Of a DNA stretch of 64,000 nt, positions 44,518-54,336 are shown piece after piece. The position numbers and the translations under genes were made by a program. The notes beneath the pieces were generated by a model, which was not told the origin of the DNA, made no database searches, and was given only the letters and a program-made list of their open reading frames with translations. This DNA comes from an uncultured Clostridia bacterium (GTDB lineage Bacteria > Bacillota > Clostridia > Christensenellales > UBA1242): positions 12,138 through 76,137 of the forward strand of contig CALWFB010000001.1 in assembly GCA_944377485.1 (NCBI GenBank). The letters run 5' to 3'. Position 1 is the stretch's first letter; every line of letters begins with the position of its first letter.

Positions 44518-45198
44518 ATGAAAAAAATTGAAAAATATTATAATTTAATTAATGAACATCTAAGTGAATTTGAAAAATATTATAATTCACTAATTTCTTT
44601 CAACGAAAAAGTCAATTTGACTGCAATTACGGACAAAGAAGATGTTTTTATTAAACATTTTCTTGATAGTATTTTGTCTATTGAAGAAATAAAAGAAAAT
44701 TCTCACGTAATTGATATTGGTGCAGGTGCGGGATTTCCTAGTCTACCAATCAAAATTGTTCGTCCTGATATAAATCTAACAATGTTAGATTCTCTAAATA
44801 AGCGTATCAATTTTTTAAATCAAATTTGTACTGAACTAAACATTGAATCTACAAATGTTCATGCACGAGCAGAAGATTATGTTAAAAATCATAGAGAAAA
44901 ATTTGACATTGCCCTTGCCCGTGCTGTTGCTAGATTAAATACTCTTGTTGAATATCTTTTACCCTATGTGAAAATCGGAGGATTAGTTTTAGCATACAAA
45001 GGTTCAAATTATCTTGAAGAATTAAGTGAAGCAAAAAGAGCTATCGAACTTTTAGGTGGAAAATATTTAAAAACTATTTCTTTTAATCTACCTGAAAACA
45101 AAGGTGAAAGAAACATAATTATAATTGAAAAAATTAAATCAACTCCAAAATTATATCCACGAGAAAAAAATCTTCCAAAAATTAAACCAATAATATAA
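44518..45198 (+). CDS. rsmG: 16S rRNA (guanine527-N7)-methyltransferase
   Basis: SAM motif DIGAGAGFPSLPIKI. The start is either ATG 44518 or TTG 44500. Confidence 0.85.
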   Translation: MKKIEKYYNLINEHLSEFEKYYNSLISFNEKVNLTAITDKEDVFIKHFLDSILSIEEIKENSHVIDIGAGAGFPSLPIKIVRPDINLTMLDSLNKRINFLNQICTELNIESTNVHARAEDYVKNHREKFDIALARAVARLNTLVEYLLPYVKIGGLVLAYKGSNYLEELSEAKRAIELLGGKYLKTISFNLPENKGERNIIIIEKIKSTPKLYPREKNLPKIKPII

Positions 45199-45335
45199 AA
45201 ATAATAACTTTATTAAAAAATTAAATTTTTAACATAAAAAATATAATTTTTATTTAATTTATTTAAATATTAATAAAAAAATTGCTATTTATTTTTAGCA
45301 ATTTTTTATTTTTCATATATTATTTTAATTAATTA

Positions 45336-46154
45336 TTAATCTATTATTATATCAGGATTTTTTACCATATCATTTTTTCTATCTTTACATATTTGACTAT
45401 TTACTCTCAATTCTTTAATTTCTTCTTTTAATTTTTCAATCTTTGTTGAATTATTTTCAACAGCCATTATCAATAATTCTTGTCTCTTTGTATCTAAATT
45501 TTTAACCGATTCTTTCACTGTATTCCAATAAATATTTCTTATAGTATTTTGATATAACATTGATTCAAATTCTTGCCACTGTTCAGATGACAACATATAT
45601 GGAGAAAGTTTAATATAATCAGTTGTCATTTGTCTTCTCTTCACTGCTTTCATAATCAAATTTTTGATATCAGAAAAATCATAACCTATTTCATCAATAT
45701 CAATAATATATTTATCTTTATTGGTGGATTCTATATGAAGTTGTCCCTTTGTTATTGTCTGCCTAGTTATAATGTTCTGTTCACGTTGTTTTTCTACTTC
45801 AAGTTTAAATCGAGGTTCTAATTGAGCTTTTTCAAAAAATTTATTCAACTTTTCTTCAAACATTTTTACGTCAATCCAAAAATATCTCGTCCAATCGCCT
45901 AGTGATTTAGACAAATAATCTTCAATATTGTAAATTGATTTTTTCTTCTTATATATTATATCATTGATTTCAGGAGAAAAGTATTCTTCTTCAACATCTT
46001 GTATATTTTCAATATTATTTAAAGTTGTACTAATATTATAATTCATTTGTTTTCTTTTTGGAAGTTTTTTGTATTCTTTTCTCTTTATATCCTCTATCTC
46101 AACTTTTAAATCAATCATTTCATTTACTAACTTTTTAAATTCTGAAAAATTCAT
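45336..46154 (-). CDS. hypothetical protein (272 aa), distant paralog of 32713..33471
   Basis: AAGGAG SD. N-terminus MNFSEFKKLVNEMIDLKVEIEDIKRKE resembles the other copy. Confidence 0.55.
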   Translation of the reverse strand: MNFSEFKKLVNEMIDLKVEIEDIKRKEYKKLPKRKQMNYNISTTLNNIENIQDVEEEYFSPEINDIIYKKKKSIYNIEDYLSKSLGDWTRYFWIDVKMFEEKLNKFFEKAQLEPRFKLEVEKQREQNIITRQTITKGQLHIESTNKDKYIIDIDEIGYDFSDIKNLIMKAVKRRQMTTDYIKLSPYMLSSEQWQEFESMLYQNTIRNIYWNTVKESVKNLDTKRQELLIMAVENNSTKIEKLKEEIKELRVNSQICKDRKNDMVKNPDIIID

Positions 46155-46356
46155 ATATACTCCTTAATTGAACTAATATTAACATGAATTCTTAAATTTG
46201 TCAATATTGATATTTTATATCTATATATATATAATATATATTATATAATATAATAATAGGATATATTATATATAGTAAAACATATTATCATATTAATAAA
46301 ATTATAAAAATCTGATAAATTAATAGTAAAAATGAAAAATTTTAATAATTTTAACG

Positions 46357-46385
46357 TTGACAATAAAAATTTTTAATAATATAAT
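46357..46385 (+). promoter_or_regulatory. promoter of recF (leaderless)
   Basis: TTGACA-17 nt-TATAAT, 7 nt, ATG 46393. The TTG start in the ORF track is the -35 hexamer. Confidence 0.6.
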
Positions 46386-46392
46386 TGAAAAA

Positions 46393-47469
46393 ATGAAAAT
46401 AAATAGAATTCAACTTAATAATTTTAGAAATTACAAAAATTCAATTATAGATTTTAGTGATGGCATAAATTTCATTGTAGGAAGGAATGCTCAAGGTAAA
46501 ACTAATTTGCTAGAAAGTATTTATCTATCAAGTGTTGGCAAGAGTCCTAAAAGTTGTCGTGAAAAACAAATTATAATGTTCAATGAAAACCAATCAAAAA
46601 TTGAATTAAGTTTTTCCACCCTAGCTGGAAACAAAAATATAAAGTTTTTTTTGGACCGAACAAACAAAAAATCTATAAAAGTAAACAATATAAACATTTT
46701 GAAATTGACCGAATTTGTTGGAATACTTTCTGTTGTTTATTTTAGCCCTGATGAATTGAAACTAATAAAAGAAGTGCCAGAAGATAGACGAAATTTTTTA
46801 GATATTTCAATCTCTCAATTTGATAGGACTTATCTATATAATCTTCTTAGATATGACAAAATTTTAAAACAAAGAAATTCAATTTTAAAAAGTACAGATA
46901 GCGTAGAATCTAAAATTGAGCAACTTGATTTATTTACTCCTCAATTGATTGAATGTGCTCAAATAATTATTGAAAAAAGATTAAATTTTATTGAAAAACT
47001 TAAAAATATTGCTACAAATATCCATAAATTTATAACTATCGATGAAAATTTAGATATTTCTTATAGCTATATCAATACGTCAGGTTTATCAATAAAAGCT
47101 GACTTACAAAAAGAATTTGATAAGGTTAAATTAAAAGAAATAGATTTAGGATACACTTGTGTTGGACCACATCGAGATGATTTAATTTTTAAAATCAACG
47201 GTATGGATTGTAAATATTATTCAAGTCAGGGTCAACAGCGAACTGTCGCTCTTGTTGTTAAGTTATCGTTAATGGAAGTTATAAAAAATGAAATCGGTGA
47301 ATATCCAATATTATTACTAGATGATGTATTAAGTGAACTTGACCAAAATAGGCAAGATAGATTAATTGAATTGATTAGTAAATATCAAACATTAATTACT
47401 TGTACAAAAATTCCTGAAACCAAAATAAAATACAATATTATAAAAGTAGAAAATGGAAGTATTATTTAA
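46393..47469 (+). CDS. recF: DNA replication and repair protein RecF
   Basis: MKINRIQLNNFRNY, Walker A GRNAQGKTNLLESI, LLLDDVLSELD. Confidence 0.9.
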   Translation: MKINRIQLNNFRNYKNSIIDFSDGINFIVGRNAQGKTNLLESIYLSSVGKSPKSCREKQIIMFNENQSKIELSFSTLAGNKNIKFFLDRTNKKSIKVNNINILKLTEFVGILSVVYFSPDELKLIKEVPEDRRNFLDISISQFDRTYLYNLLRYDKILKQRNSILKSTDSVESKIEQLDLFTPQLIECAQIIIEKRLNFIEKLKNIATNIHKFITIDENLDISYSYINTSGLSIKADLQKEFDKVKLKEIDLGYTCVGPHRDDLIFKINGMDCKYYSSQGQQRTVALVVKLSLMEVIKNEIGEYPILLLDDVLSELDQNRQDRLIELISKYQTLITCTKIPETKIKYNIIKVENGSII

Positions 47470-47624
47470 TACTTTTATTTTTTTTATTCATTTGAAATTA
47501 AAAAATTATTTTTTTAAGTAAATATTTTATAAAAAAATAAAAAAATAATTATTTTTATTAAAAATATATTAAAATTAATAAAAAATCCACTGAATTTTCA
47601 GTGAATTTTTATTTTTTTTATAAC

Positions 47625-48980
47625 TTAATATTTTAACAATTGAGATTTAATATCATTTACAAGTGTTCTAATATGTGGATTTATTTTTACTTGATTACTA
47701 ATTTTATCTCTTGCATGCATAATAGTCGTATGGTCTCTTCCTCCAAATATTGCACCAATTGCAGTAAGTGGAATGCTAAGCATATCGTTTATTAAATATA
47801 TGCACAACTGTCTTGGTTCAACAATTTCTTTATTTTTTTTCTTTCCAATCAAATCTTCTTTCGATACTTTGAAGAAATCACATACGGTATTTAAAATTTT
47901 CTCTGCATCGAGATTTGTTTTTTCTGTCTCTCCATAATCTTTAAGTGCTTCGTGAGCATCTTCCATAGAAGCATGTGATTTTCCAAGCAAACTTGAATAA
48001 AATACCACTTTTGATAATATTCCTTCCATCTCACGAATATTAGTTCCTGTCTTTTGTGCTATAAAATCTACTACATCTTCGTCAACAAGATATCCCTCTT
48101 GACTACATTTTTTCTTAATAATTGCTACCTTAGTTTCATAATCAGGCTCTTGAATATCTTGAATAAGCCCACTACTGAATCTACTACGTAATCTCTCTTC
48201 TAATGAACTCATCTCTTTTGGTGAACGGTCAGAAGCAATTATAATCTGTTTATTGTTTTGATATAAATCATTGAATGTATGGAAGAATTCTTCTTGAATT
48301 CCCATTTTGTTGCTAATGAATTGAATATCATCAATCATTAACACATCTACACTACGATATTTATCTCTAAAATCGAGATTTGATTTATCTTTTCCACTAC
48401 GGATAGAATCTACATAATCATTTGTGAATTTTTCACATGTCACATAAAGTACGTTTAAATCAGGTCTATGTTTGTTTAAATAATTACCAACTGCATGCAA
48501 TAAGTGTGTTTTACCAAGTCCAACACCTCCATAAATGAATAATGGATTAAATTTTTCACTAGGGTGTTCCGCTACACTCTGCATAGCTGCACATACTACT
48601 TGATTTGATTTTCCTACTACAAAGTTTTCAAATGTATATTTTTGATTAAATTTGGACTTAAAGTTATTTGAATCTTTTTCACTCATCATTCGCTCTAATT
48701 CTTCATCTTGTTTTCTAATAGATTCTTCATATTCCTGATTGTCTGTTATTCGAACGAATGTATATGGTGTAAACTCTTGTCTAACACATTTTGTTATTTT
48801 TTCATATATAGCAGGTTGATTAACTTGATTTTTCGCTGTAATACTAGGTGCTTTTAATATTAATTCATCATTTGCATATTGAATTGGCGTCAAGGTATTT
48901 ATCCATAAATCAAAGGTGACAGCGGTCACTTCGTTTTCTAACTTATTCAATACCTTTTTCCATTGGTCAAGTAAAAACAT
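47625..48980 (-). CDS. dnaA: chromosomal replication initiator protein DnaA
   Basis: Walker A GGVGLGKTHLLHA, MIDDIQF. C-terminal DNA-binding domain FGGRDHTTIMHA. Confidence 0.95.
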   Translation of the reverse strand: MFLLDQWKKVLNKLENEVTAVTFDLWINTLTPIQYANDELILKAPSITAKNQVNQPAIYEKITKCVRQEFTPYTFVRITDNQEYEESIRKQDEELERMMSEKDSNNFKSKFNQKYTFENFVVGKSNQVVCAAMQSVAEHPSEKFNPLFIYGGVGLGKTHLLHAVGNYLNKHRPDLNVLYVTCEKFTNDYVDSIRSGKDKSNLDFRDKYRSVDVLMIDDIQFISNKMGIQEEFFHTFNDLYQNNKQIIIASDRSPKEMSSLEERLRSRFSSGLIQDIQEPDYETKVAIIKKKCSQEGYLVDEDVVDFIAQKTGTNIREMEGILSKVVFYSSLLGKSHASMEDAHEALKDYGETEKTNLDAEKILNTVCDFFKVSKEDLIGKKKNKEIVEPRQLCIYLINDMLSIPLTAIGAIFGGRDHTTIMHARDKISNQVKINPHIRTLVNDIKSQLLKY

Positions 48981-49219
48981 ATACCACTCCTCAATTTTTG
49001 TTGCTATTATTATATAATAAAAATAATATTAAGTCAATTAGCAAATCAAAATTAAATTAAAGGTTTTGTTTGTTGTTTTTTATGATTGGCACTGTATTTT
49101 AAAATCAGTTTTCATGACATAATTATTGTTTAGTCAATCAATCTCTTTGAAAAATGAAAAATACGAAATATTCTAATAAATTTTTTATTGGTACTGAAAT
49201 ATTTGTTCTCTATGATGAG

Positions 49220-49365
49220 TTATACACATTGAAATTTGGGTTATCAACATAAATATACACACATTTAGTCACATTTATTGTGGATAAAAATAGTATGAAT
49301 TTTGTCGAATTATGACAGAATCACCACTATATATTGAATTAAATTAAGTTGTCCACTTTTCCACA
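49220..49365. promoter_or_regulatory. DnaA boxes in the dnaA-dnaN divergent intergenic region
   Basis: TTATACACA 49220, TTATCAACA 49241, perfect TGTGGATAA 49279, TTTTCCACA 49357. Confidence 0.7.
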
Positions 49366-49522
49366 TTCACTAATAAAAAAATCACTATCAAAAAACAAAA
49401 AAAATTAATAAAAAAACTACACGTGCACGCACGCATATAATGCGCATAAAATACTATTTTATAGTATTTTTCTTTGATTTAATTAATAGAAAAAATTTTT
49501 CGACAAAAGTGTAAAAATTTAT

Positions 49523-49551
49523 TTGACATATCTAGGCTCGTTTGCTAATAT
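49523..49551 (+). promoter_or_regulatory. promoter of dnaN
   Basis: TTGACA-17 nt-TAATAT. About 90-nt 5' UTR to ATG 49645. Confidence 0.6.
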
Positions 49552-49644
49552 AGTCATGTATCATTAGATGGAATGCGAGCAATTTCACGTGGTACAGATG
49601 ATATTGAGGGGGAAGTATTATCGTGGTATGTTAAGGAGTCTATT

Positions 49645-50742
49645 ATGAAATTTAGATGTGATGGTTTAGAATTGAGCGAAGCAATTAGTACAGTATCAAA
49701 AGCTATTAGTTCAAAGACTACTTCTCAAATACTTGAAGGAATTAAGATGGTATGTGAGAATGACTTGCTTATACTTACTGCTACTGACCTTGAAATGAGT
49801 ATTGAAAAGAGAATTCGAGCAGAAGTTGATTCTCGTGGCGAAACAGTTGTGCCAGGTAGATTATTTGGCGAATACATAAAAAAGCTAACTAATGAACAGA
49901 TTGAATGTGAATTGAATGAAAAAAATCAGTTAAAAATTTCGTATACAGACAGTGAAGGCTGTTTACAATGTATGGAAATTAGTGAATTTCCTGCAATTAA
50001 AGAAGTTAATAAGGATAATTTCTTTGAAATCACAAAAGAAGATTTCAAAGCTTTAATAAATAATGTTTTCTACGCAGTAGCACAAGATGATAGTAGACCA
50101 ATTTTGAAAGGAATATTGTTAGAAACTAATCAAAATACGATTAAAGCAGTGGCTGTGGATGGTTGTAGATTGAGTATTTCTAATAAAAATCTTGTTATGA
50201 GTACAACAGATTTTAAAATCATTGTTCCAGGAAGGAATCTTAATGAAATTGTTAAGATGATGAATGGCGATGATAATGTGAAAATCTATGTACATTCAAA
50301 CAACATAATGGTAGATTTGGGTGATACGATAGTAATCAATCGTTTGATTGATGGGCAATTTATTAATTATCGTCAGATTGTTCCAAAGGATTTTTCAACA
50401 ATTGTCACCATCAACAAAGAGCAATTAGAAGATGCTATTGATAGAGCCAGTGTACTTTCTCGCATTGACAAAAATAATTTAGTAAAATTTGACATCAAAG
50501 AGAAAAATTTGATGCTTACGTCAAATAGTGAAATAGGTAATACACGTGAAAATATTACAGTAGGAGTAAAAGGTAATGATTTAAACATTTCGTTTAATTC
50601 TAAATATTTTAGTGATTGTTTGCGTGTGATTGATAATCCATACGTTAAGATGAACTTTAATAGTCAGATTCAACCTTGTGTAATAACTCCATGTGAAGGT
50701 AATGATTTCTTATTTTTGATTTTACCTGTAAAAGCTAGATAA
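49645..50742 (+). CDS. dnaN: DNA polymerase III beta sliding clamp
   Basis: Start at ATG 49645 (MKFRCDGLELSEAIS) after AAGGAG. About 365 aa, clamp family. Confidence 0.9.
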   Translation: MKFRCDGLELSEAISTVSKAISSKTTSQILEGIKMVCENDLLILTATDLEMSIEKRIRAEVDSRGETVVPGRLFGEYIKKLTNEQIECELNEKNQLKISYTDSEGCLQCMEISEFPAIKEVNKDNFFEITKEDFKALINNVFYAVAQDDSRPILKGILLETNQNTIKAVAVDGCRLSISNKNLVMSTTDFKIIVPGRNLNEIVKMMNGDDNVKIYVHSNNIMVDLGDTIVINRLIDGQFINYRQIVPKDFSTIVTINKEQLEDAIDRASVLSRIDKNNLVKFDIKEKNLMLTSNSEIGNTRENITVGVKGNDLNISFNSKYFSDCLRVIDNPYVKMNFNSQIQPCVITPCEGNDFLFLILPVKAR

Positions 50743-50851
50743 TAAATTAATTAAATTTAATAATTTAATAAAAAATTTATTATAATAAATATAATATAAA
50801 TATAAAATAAATTAATAAAAAAATATTTTGTAATACGAAAATATCTATTAT

Positions 50852-50941
50852 TTATCCACATTTAAGTTTTTCGAACATATGTTTAATTTATATAAATATA
50901 AATTAAAAGTTATCCACATTTTAATTTCGTATTGTGGATAA
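50852..50941. promoter_or_regulatory. three perfect DnaA boxes in the AT-rich region downstream of dnaN
   Basis: TTATCCACA at 50852 and 50910. TGTGGATAA at 50933. Confidence 0.75.
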
Positions 50942-51068
50942 CTTTTTTTTATTTTCTATTGATTAATTTTTTTAATTGAATTATAATATTTTAGTTATAT
51001 AATTTTTTTATTATTTTTACAGTTATATAATTGTATGTAAATATAAAAAAATAGATTAGTTTATTTAT

Positions 51069-51156
51069 GGAGAGTTGTCAGAGTGGTCTAATGTGTCGCT
51101 CTCGAAAAGCGATGAGGTGCAAGCCTCCGGCGGTTCGAATCCGCCACTCTCCGCCA
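51069..51156 (+). tRNA. tRNA-Ser(CGA)
   Basis: 88 nt. Anticodon stem TCGCT/AGCGA, loop CTCGAAA, long variable arm. CCA is encoded. Confidence 0.9.
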
Positions 51157-51222
51157 ATCTATAAATTAAAATAATATTTAAATAATCATAATGACAAAAC
51201 ATTAAATTTATGATATAATATA

Positions 51223-51807
51223 GTGATGAAAAATATTGATGAAACAATTAAAAATTGTACCGCTTGTGGGGTCTTTCCAAAATTGAAGGACAATTTTATT
51301 CAACTAAGGAAAAGTAATATTCTGGTATTAGGGGAATCCCCTGCAAAAGATGGTTGGCTAAAAAGTGGACGAGCGTTTTTTAATTCAAATGGAGAATTGC
51401 AGGCTAGTGGAAAGGTCTTAAATAAGTTATTAAATATGTGTTCTTTATCAATAGATGATATAAATTTTACAGAAAGCTGTAAATGTATTATAGAGAATCG
51501 AAAAAGATTAAGAGAATGTATCAATAATTGCAAACCAATTTTGTTTTCACAAATAGAAAAGTCTGATTTTGATATCATTCTACCTATGGGACAATTTCCA
51601 ACAGAAGCAATATTAGGTAAAAAAATTACTAAATTAAAAGATTATGTTGGAAAAATATTTGAAATTAAAATAGGCAAATATGTTAGAAAAGTTATTCCTA
51701 TATATCATACTTCACCGATTAGTCCATTGAGTTTTAAAGGAAATGAACCAATATTTAAAGAGATAATAAAACCGTTGGTTTTAAATAGTAATCAAAATTT
51801 GAGATAG
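51223..51807 (+). CDS. uracil-DNA glycosylase superfamily protein
   Basis: VLGESPAKDGW (GE[SA]PG-like motif A) and IYHTSPISPL (HxSP motif B). Confidence 0.6.
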   Translation: MMKNIDETIKNCTACGVFPKLKDNFIQLRKSNILVLGESPAKDGWLKSGRAFFNSNGELQASGKVLNKLLNMCSLSIDDINFTESCKCIIENRKRLRECINNCKPILFSQIEKSDFDIILPMGQFPTEAILGKKITKLKDYVGKIFEIKIGKYVRKVIPIYHTSPISPLSFKGNEPIFKEIIKPLVLNSNQNLR

Positions 51808-51842
51808 TCAAATATATAAATAAAAATAATGAGGAAGATTTT

Positions 51843-52331
51843 ATGATTGTTGATGACATTAAAAATATCGCAAAAACACAAAAAGTTTATGTTTCGTTTG
51901 ATATGGACGGAGTGATTGCAGAATACGATATATCAAAAAATGATTTACACAAAACCAAAACGAATGATTATTATAAAATAAAACGTCCAATCAAAACTAT
52001 AATTCATATTATGAAAATGTTATTCGAAATTCAAAATATAGAAGTTGGAATATTGAGTGCATGTCATTTTGAAAATCAAAAACAGGATAAAATTGAATGG
52101 CTAAAAATCAATGTGCCATTTTTAAAAAAAGAAAATATTCATATAATTTCTTATGAGAAAATTAAATTTGATGAAAAAAATAAATATAGTTTAAAAACAC
52201 AATATCTAGAAAATTTATTTAAAAATAATCAATATATAGTATTTCATATAGATGATGATGTCAGAGTAATTAAAAGTATGAAAAATAGTAGTGATATAAA
52301 CGTAGTGCATATTAGTAGTCTGATTGAATGA
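51843..52331 (+). CDS. HAD-family 5'(3')-deoxyribonucleotidase-like protein
   Basis: FDMDGVIAEYD (DxDG nucleophile motif), HIDDD near the C-terminus. Confidence 0.55.
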   Translation: MIVDDIKNIAKTQKVYVSFDMDGVIAEYDISKNDLHKTKTNDYYKIKRPIKTIIHIMKMLFEIQNIEVGILSACHFENQKQDKIEWLKINVPFLKKENIHIISYEKIKFDEKNKYSLKTQYLENLFKNNQYIVFHIDDDVRVIKSMKNSSDINVVHISSLIE

Positions 52332-52462
52332 TAAAAGCGAATTAATAATTGCATACAAATTACTTATATTTATATAAAACCAATGGTAAAGTGTTTTATT
52401 TTTGTTTTGATTTTTTCAACAAATATTGTATAATTATTTCAGAACATATAAAGGAGAAATTT

Positions 52463-52837
52463 ATGAAAAATTTAAAAATATATAGATGTGAAGTTTGTGG
52501 AAATATATGTGTAAAACTGGTAGATTCAGGTGTTCCAATGGTTTGTTGTGCTAGACCAATGAAGGCATTAACTCCAAATACTGTTGATGCGGCCAGTGAA
52601 AAACATAAACCTGTTGTCAAAATTGATGGAAATAATATAACTGTTCAAGTTGGAGAAGTGTTGCACCCTATGACAAAAGAACACTATATTTCTATGATTA
52701 TTGTTGAAACAAATAAAGGTTTTATGGTAAAAAATTTAACACCAAATATTGAACCTATCGCAGAATTTGTTTTATCTAACGATGAAAAATTAATAAATAC
52801 ATATGCTTATTGTAATCTTCATGGATTATGGAAATAA
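52463..52837 (+). CDS. dfx: desulfoferrodoxin / superoxide reductase
   Basis: Start at ATG 52463 after AAAGGAG. N-terminal CEVCGN...CC centre. C-terminal H...H...CNLHGLW centre. Confidence 0.8.
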   Translation: MKNLKIYRCEVCGNICVKLVDSGVPMVCCARPMKALTPNTVDAASEKHKPVVKIDGNNITVQVGEVLHPMTKEHYISMIIVETNKGFMVKNLTPNIEPIAEFVLSNDEKLINTYAYCNLHGLWK

Positions 52838-52944
52838 GGTTTTTTAGTGTTAGATAGTTTATTTATATAACATAGAATTATCAAATTATATTACCAGAAT
52901 AATAATGTAGATATTTAGTTTAAATTAATTATAAGGAAAGTTCA

Positions 52945-53763
52945 ATGAAAATCGTCAGCTATAATATCAACGGAATTCGTGCAGCAAACAAGTTAGGCAT
53001 TATTGATTGGATAATCAATACGAATTATGATATATATTGTTTTCAAGAGATTCGTGCTAATGAAACAATTACACGTTCTATATTTTCAGATGACGAACAG
53101 ATTTCTATATTTGAAAAAAATGGAACAGATAATTCAAATATTATTGATAAATATTACAAATATTATAATTGTGGTAATATTCCAGGATATGCAGGGACGA
53201 TGATACTATCAAAAATTAAACCGAATAGAGTAGAATATGGAATGAAAGATTTTTTTGAAGATGAAGAAGGAAGAGTGACGACCATATACTTTCAAGATTT
53301 AGCAATAGTCAATGCATATGTTCCTAATGGAAATTCTAGACTTGAATTCAAGATGAAATTTTTAGATGCTTTAACTAAATATTTGGAAAAATTAAAAGAA
53401 GATTATTCGACCCTATGTGTAGGAGATTTTAATATTGCTAACGATGAAATAGATTTGACAAATCCAAAGGAATGCAAAAATAAATCTGTGTTTTTACCTA
53501 TTGAACGTGAAGCATTCAAAAAAATTTTATCATTAGGGTACATTGATACGTTTAGATATTTATATCCGGATAAAAGAGAATATTCATGGAGAAGTTATCG
53601 TTCTCGTCAAGAACAATTACCTTCCTCTCATTACAATGCCTGGAAATATCGTATAGATTATGCTATTATTTATAATAGGAATGATTATAAAATAGTAAAA
53701 TGCGAGATGCCAGATTTAAAATATAGTGACCATTTACCGGTAATTTTAGAACTGAATAAATAG
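52945..53763 (+). CDS. xth: exodeoxyribonuclease III
   Basis: MKIVSYNINGIRA, CFQEIR, GDFNIA, SDHLPV. Confidence 0.9.
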   Translation: MKIVSYNINGIRAANKLGIIDWIINTNYDIYCFQEIRANETITRSIFSDDEQISIFEKNGTDNSNIIDKYYKYYNCGNIPGYAGTMILSKIKPNRVEYGMKDFFEDEEGRVTTIYFQDLAIVNAYVPNGNSRLEFKMKFLDALTKYLEKLKEDYSTLCVGDFNIANDEIDLTNPKECKNKSVFLPIEREAFKKILSLGYIDTFRYLYPDKREYSWRSYRSRQEQLPSSHYNAWKYRIDYAIIYNRNDYKIVKCEMPDLKYSDHLPVILELNK

Positions 53764-53974
53764 ACAAGTTTTATACATACCATTATTGCGACTAAGTCTT
53801 ATAGGAACCCAAACAATGCAAATAAAATGAGCAATTTAACATAAAAGCGAGAAATTCTTAAATTAAACCTTTTAAACAGGAAAAGAAGTAATGAAGGAAA
53901 ACGCATGTTGTCCTTCATAAAAGCGAGTAATCAAGCAAAAGACTAAAATTGCGCTAGCAATTTAGTAATAGCAA

Positions 53975-54086
53975 AATAGGAATCCTGCGAGACGAATGTC
54001 GAGTGGGAAAGAGGAACGACCGAACAAAAGGCTTACATTCGCATAAACTTCGTTTAGCGAATTAGCAAAAGTTCGAGTTGTGACGT
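53975..54086. repeat. structured interspersed repeat, copy C, abutting the 5' end of tRNA-Leu
   Basis: TCCTGC-GAGACGAATGTCGA-GTGGGA (53983-54008). Then stem ACGAC-CGAAC/GTTCG-a-GTTGT enclosing hairpin ATTCGC...GCGAAT. Confidence 0.6.
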
Positions 54087-54173
54087 GCGGATATGGCGAA
54101 ACTGGCAGACGCGCTAGATTCAGGTTCTAGTGGGAGCAATCCCTTGCAGGTTCAAGTCCTGTTATCCGCACCA
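54087..54173 (+). tRNA. tRNA-Leu(CAG)
   Basis: 87 nt. Acceptor GCGGATA/TATCCGC, anticodon stem CTAGA/TCTAG, loop TTCAGGT, long variable arm. CCA is encoded. Confidence 0.9.
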
Positions 54174-54336
54174 GCAAACAAATCTTTGATGTCCTTGAAA
54201 TAATTTTCATATTTATACTCGTATTTAATAATCAAGATAATAAATAGAGAAGCTTAATTCAATACTTTTTTTGTTTTGATAAAATAGTTTGAAAAAATTT
54301 TGTTTTTATAGTATATTATAACTAGAAGGAATTTTT

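Noticed and set aside
46200-46300. TA-rich low-complexity tract (TATATATATATAATATATATTATATAATATAATAATAGG...) as a DNA unwinding element
   Set aside because: It is not adjacent to any DnaA box and lies between two promoters. It is more simply AT-rich intergenic DNA.
51065-51247. 60-aa minus-strand ORF
   Set aside because: It lies antisense across tRNA-Ser(CGA).
53764-54086. Calling this region rnpB (RNase P RNA)
   Set aside because: Only a CR-V-like string and a weak P4 pairing are present. There is no GAGGAAAGTCC, too little 5' sequence for P1-P3, and the matching string belongs to a repeated element. This needs a covariance-model search.
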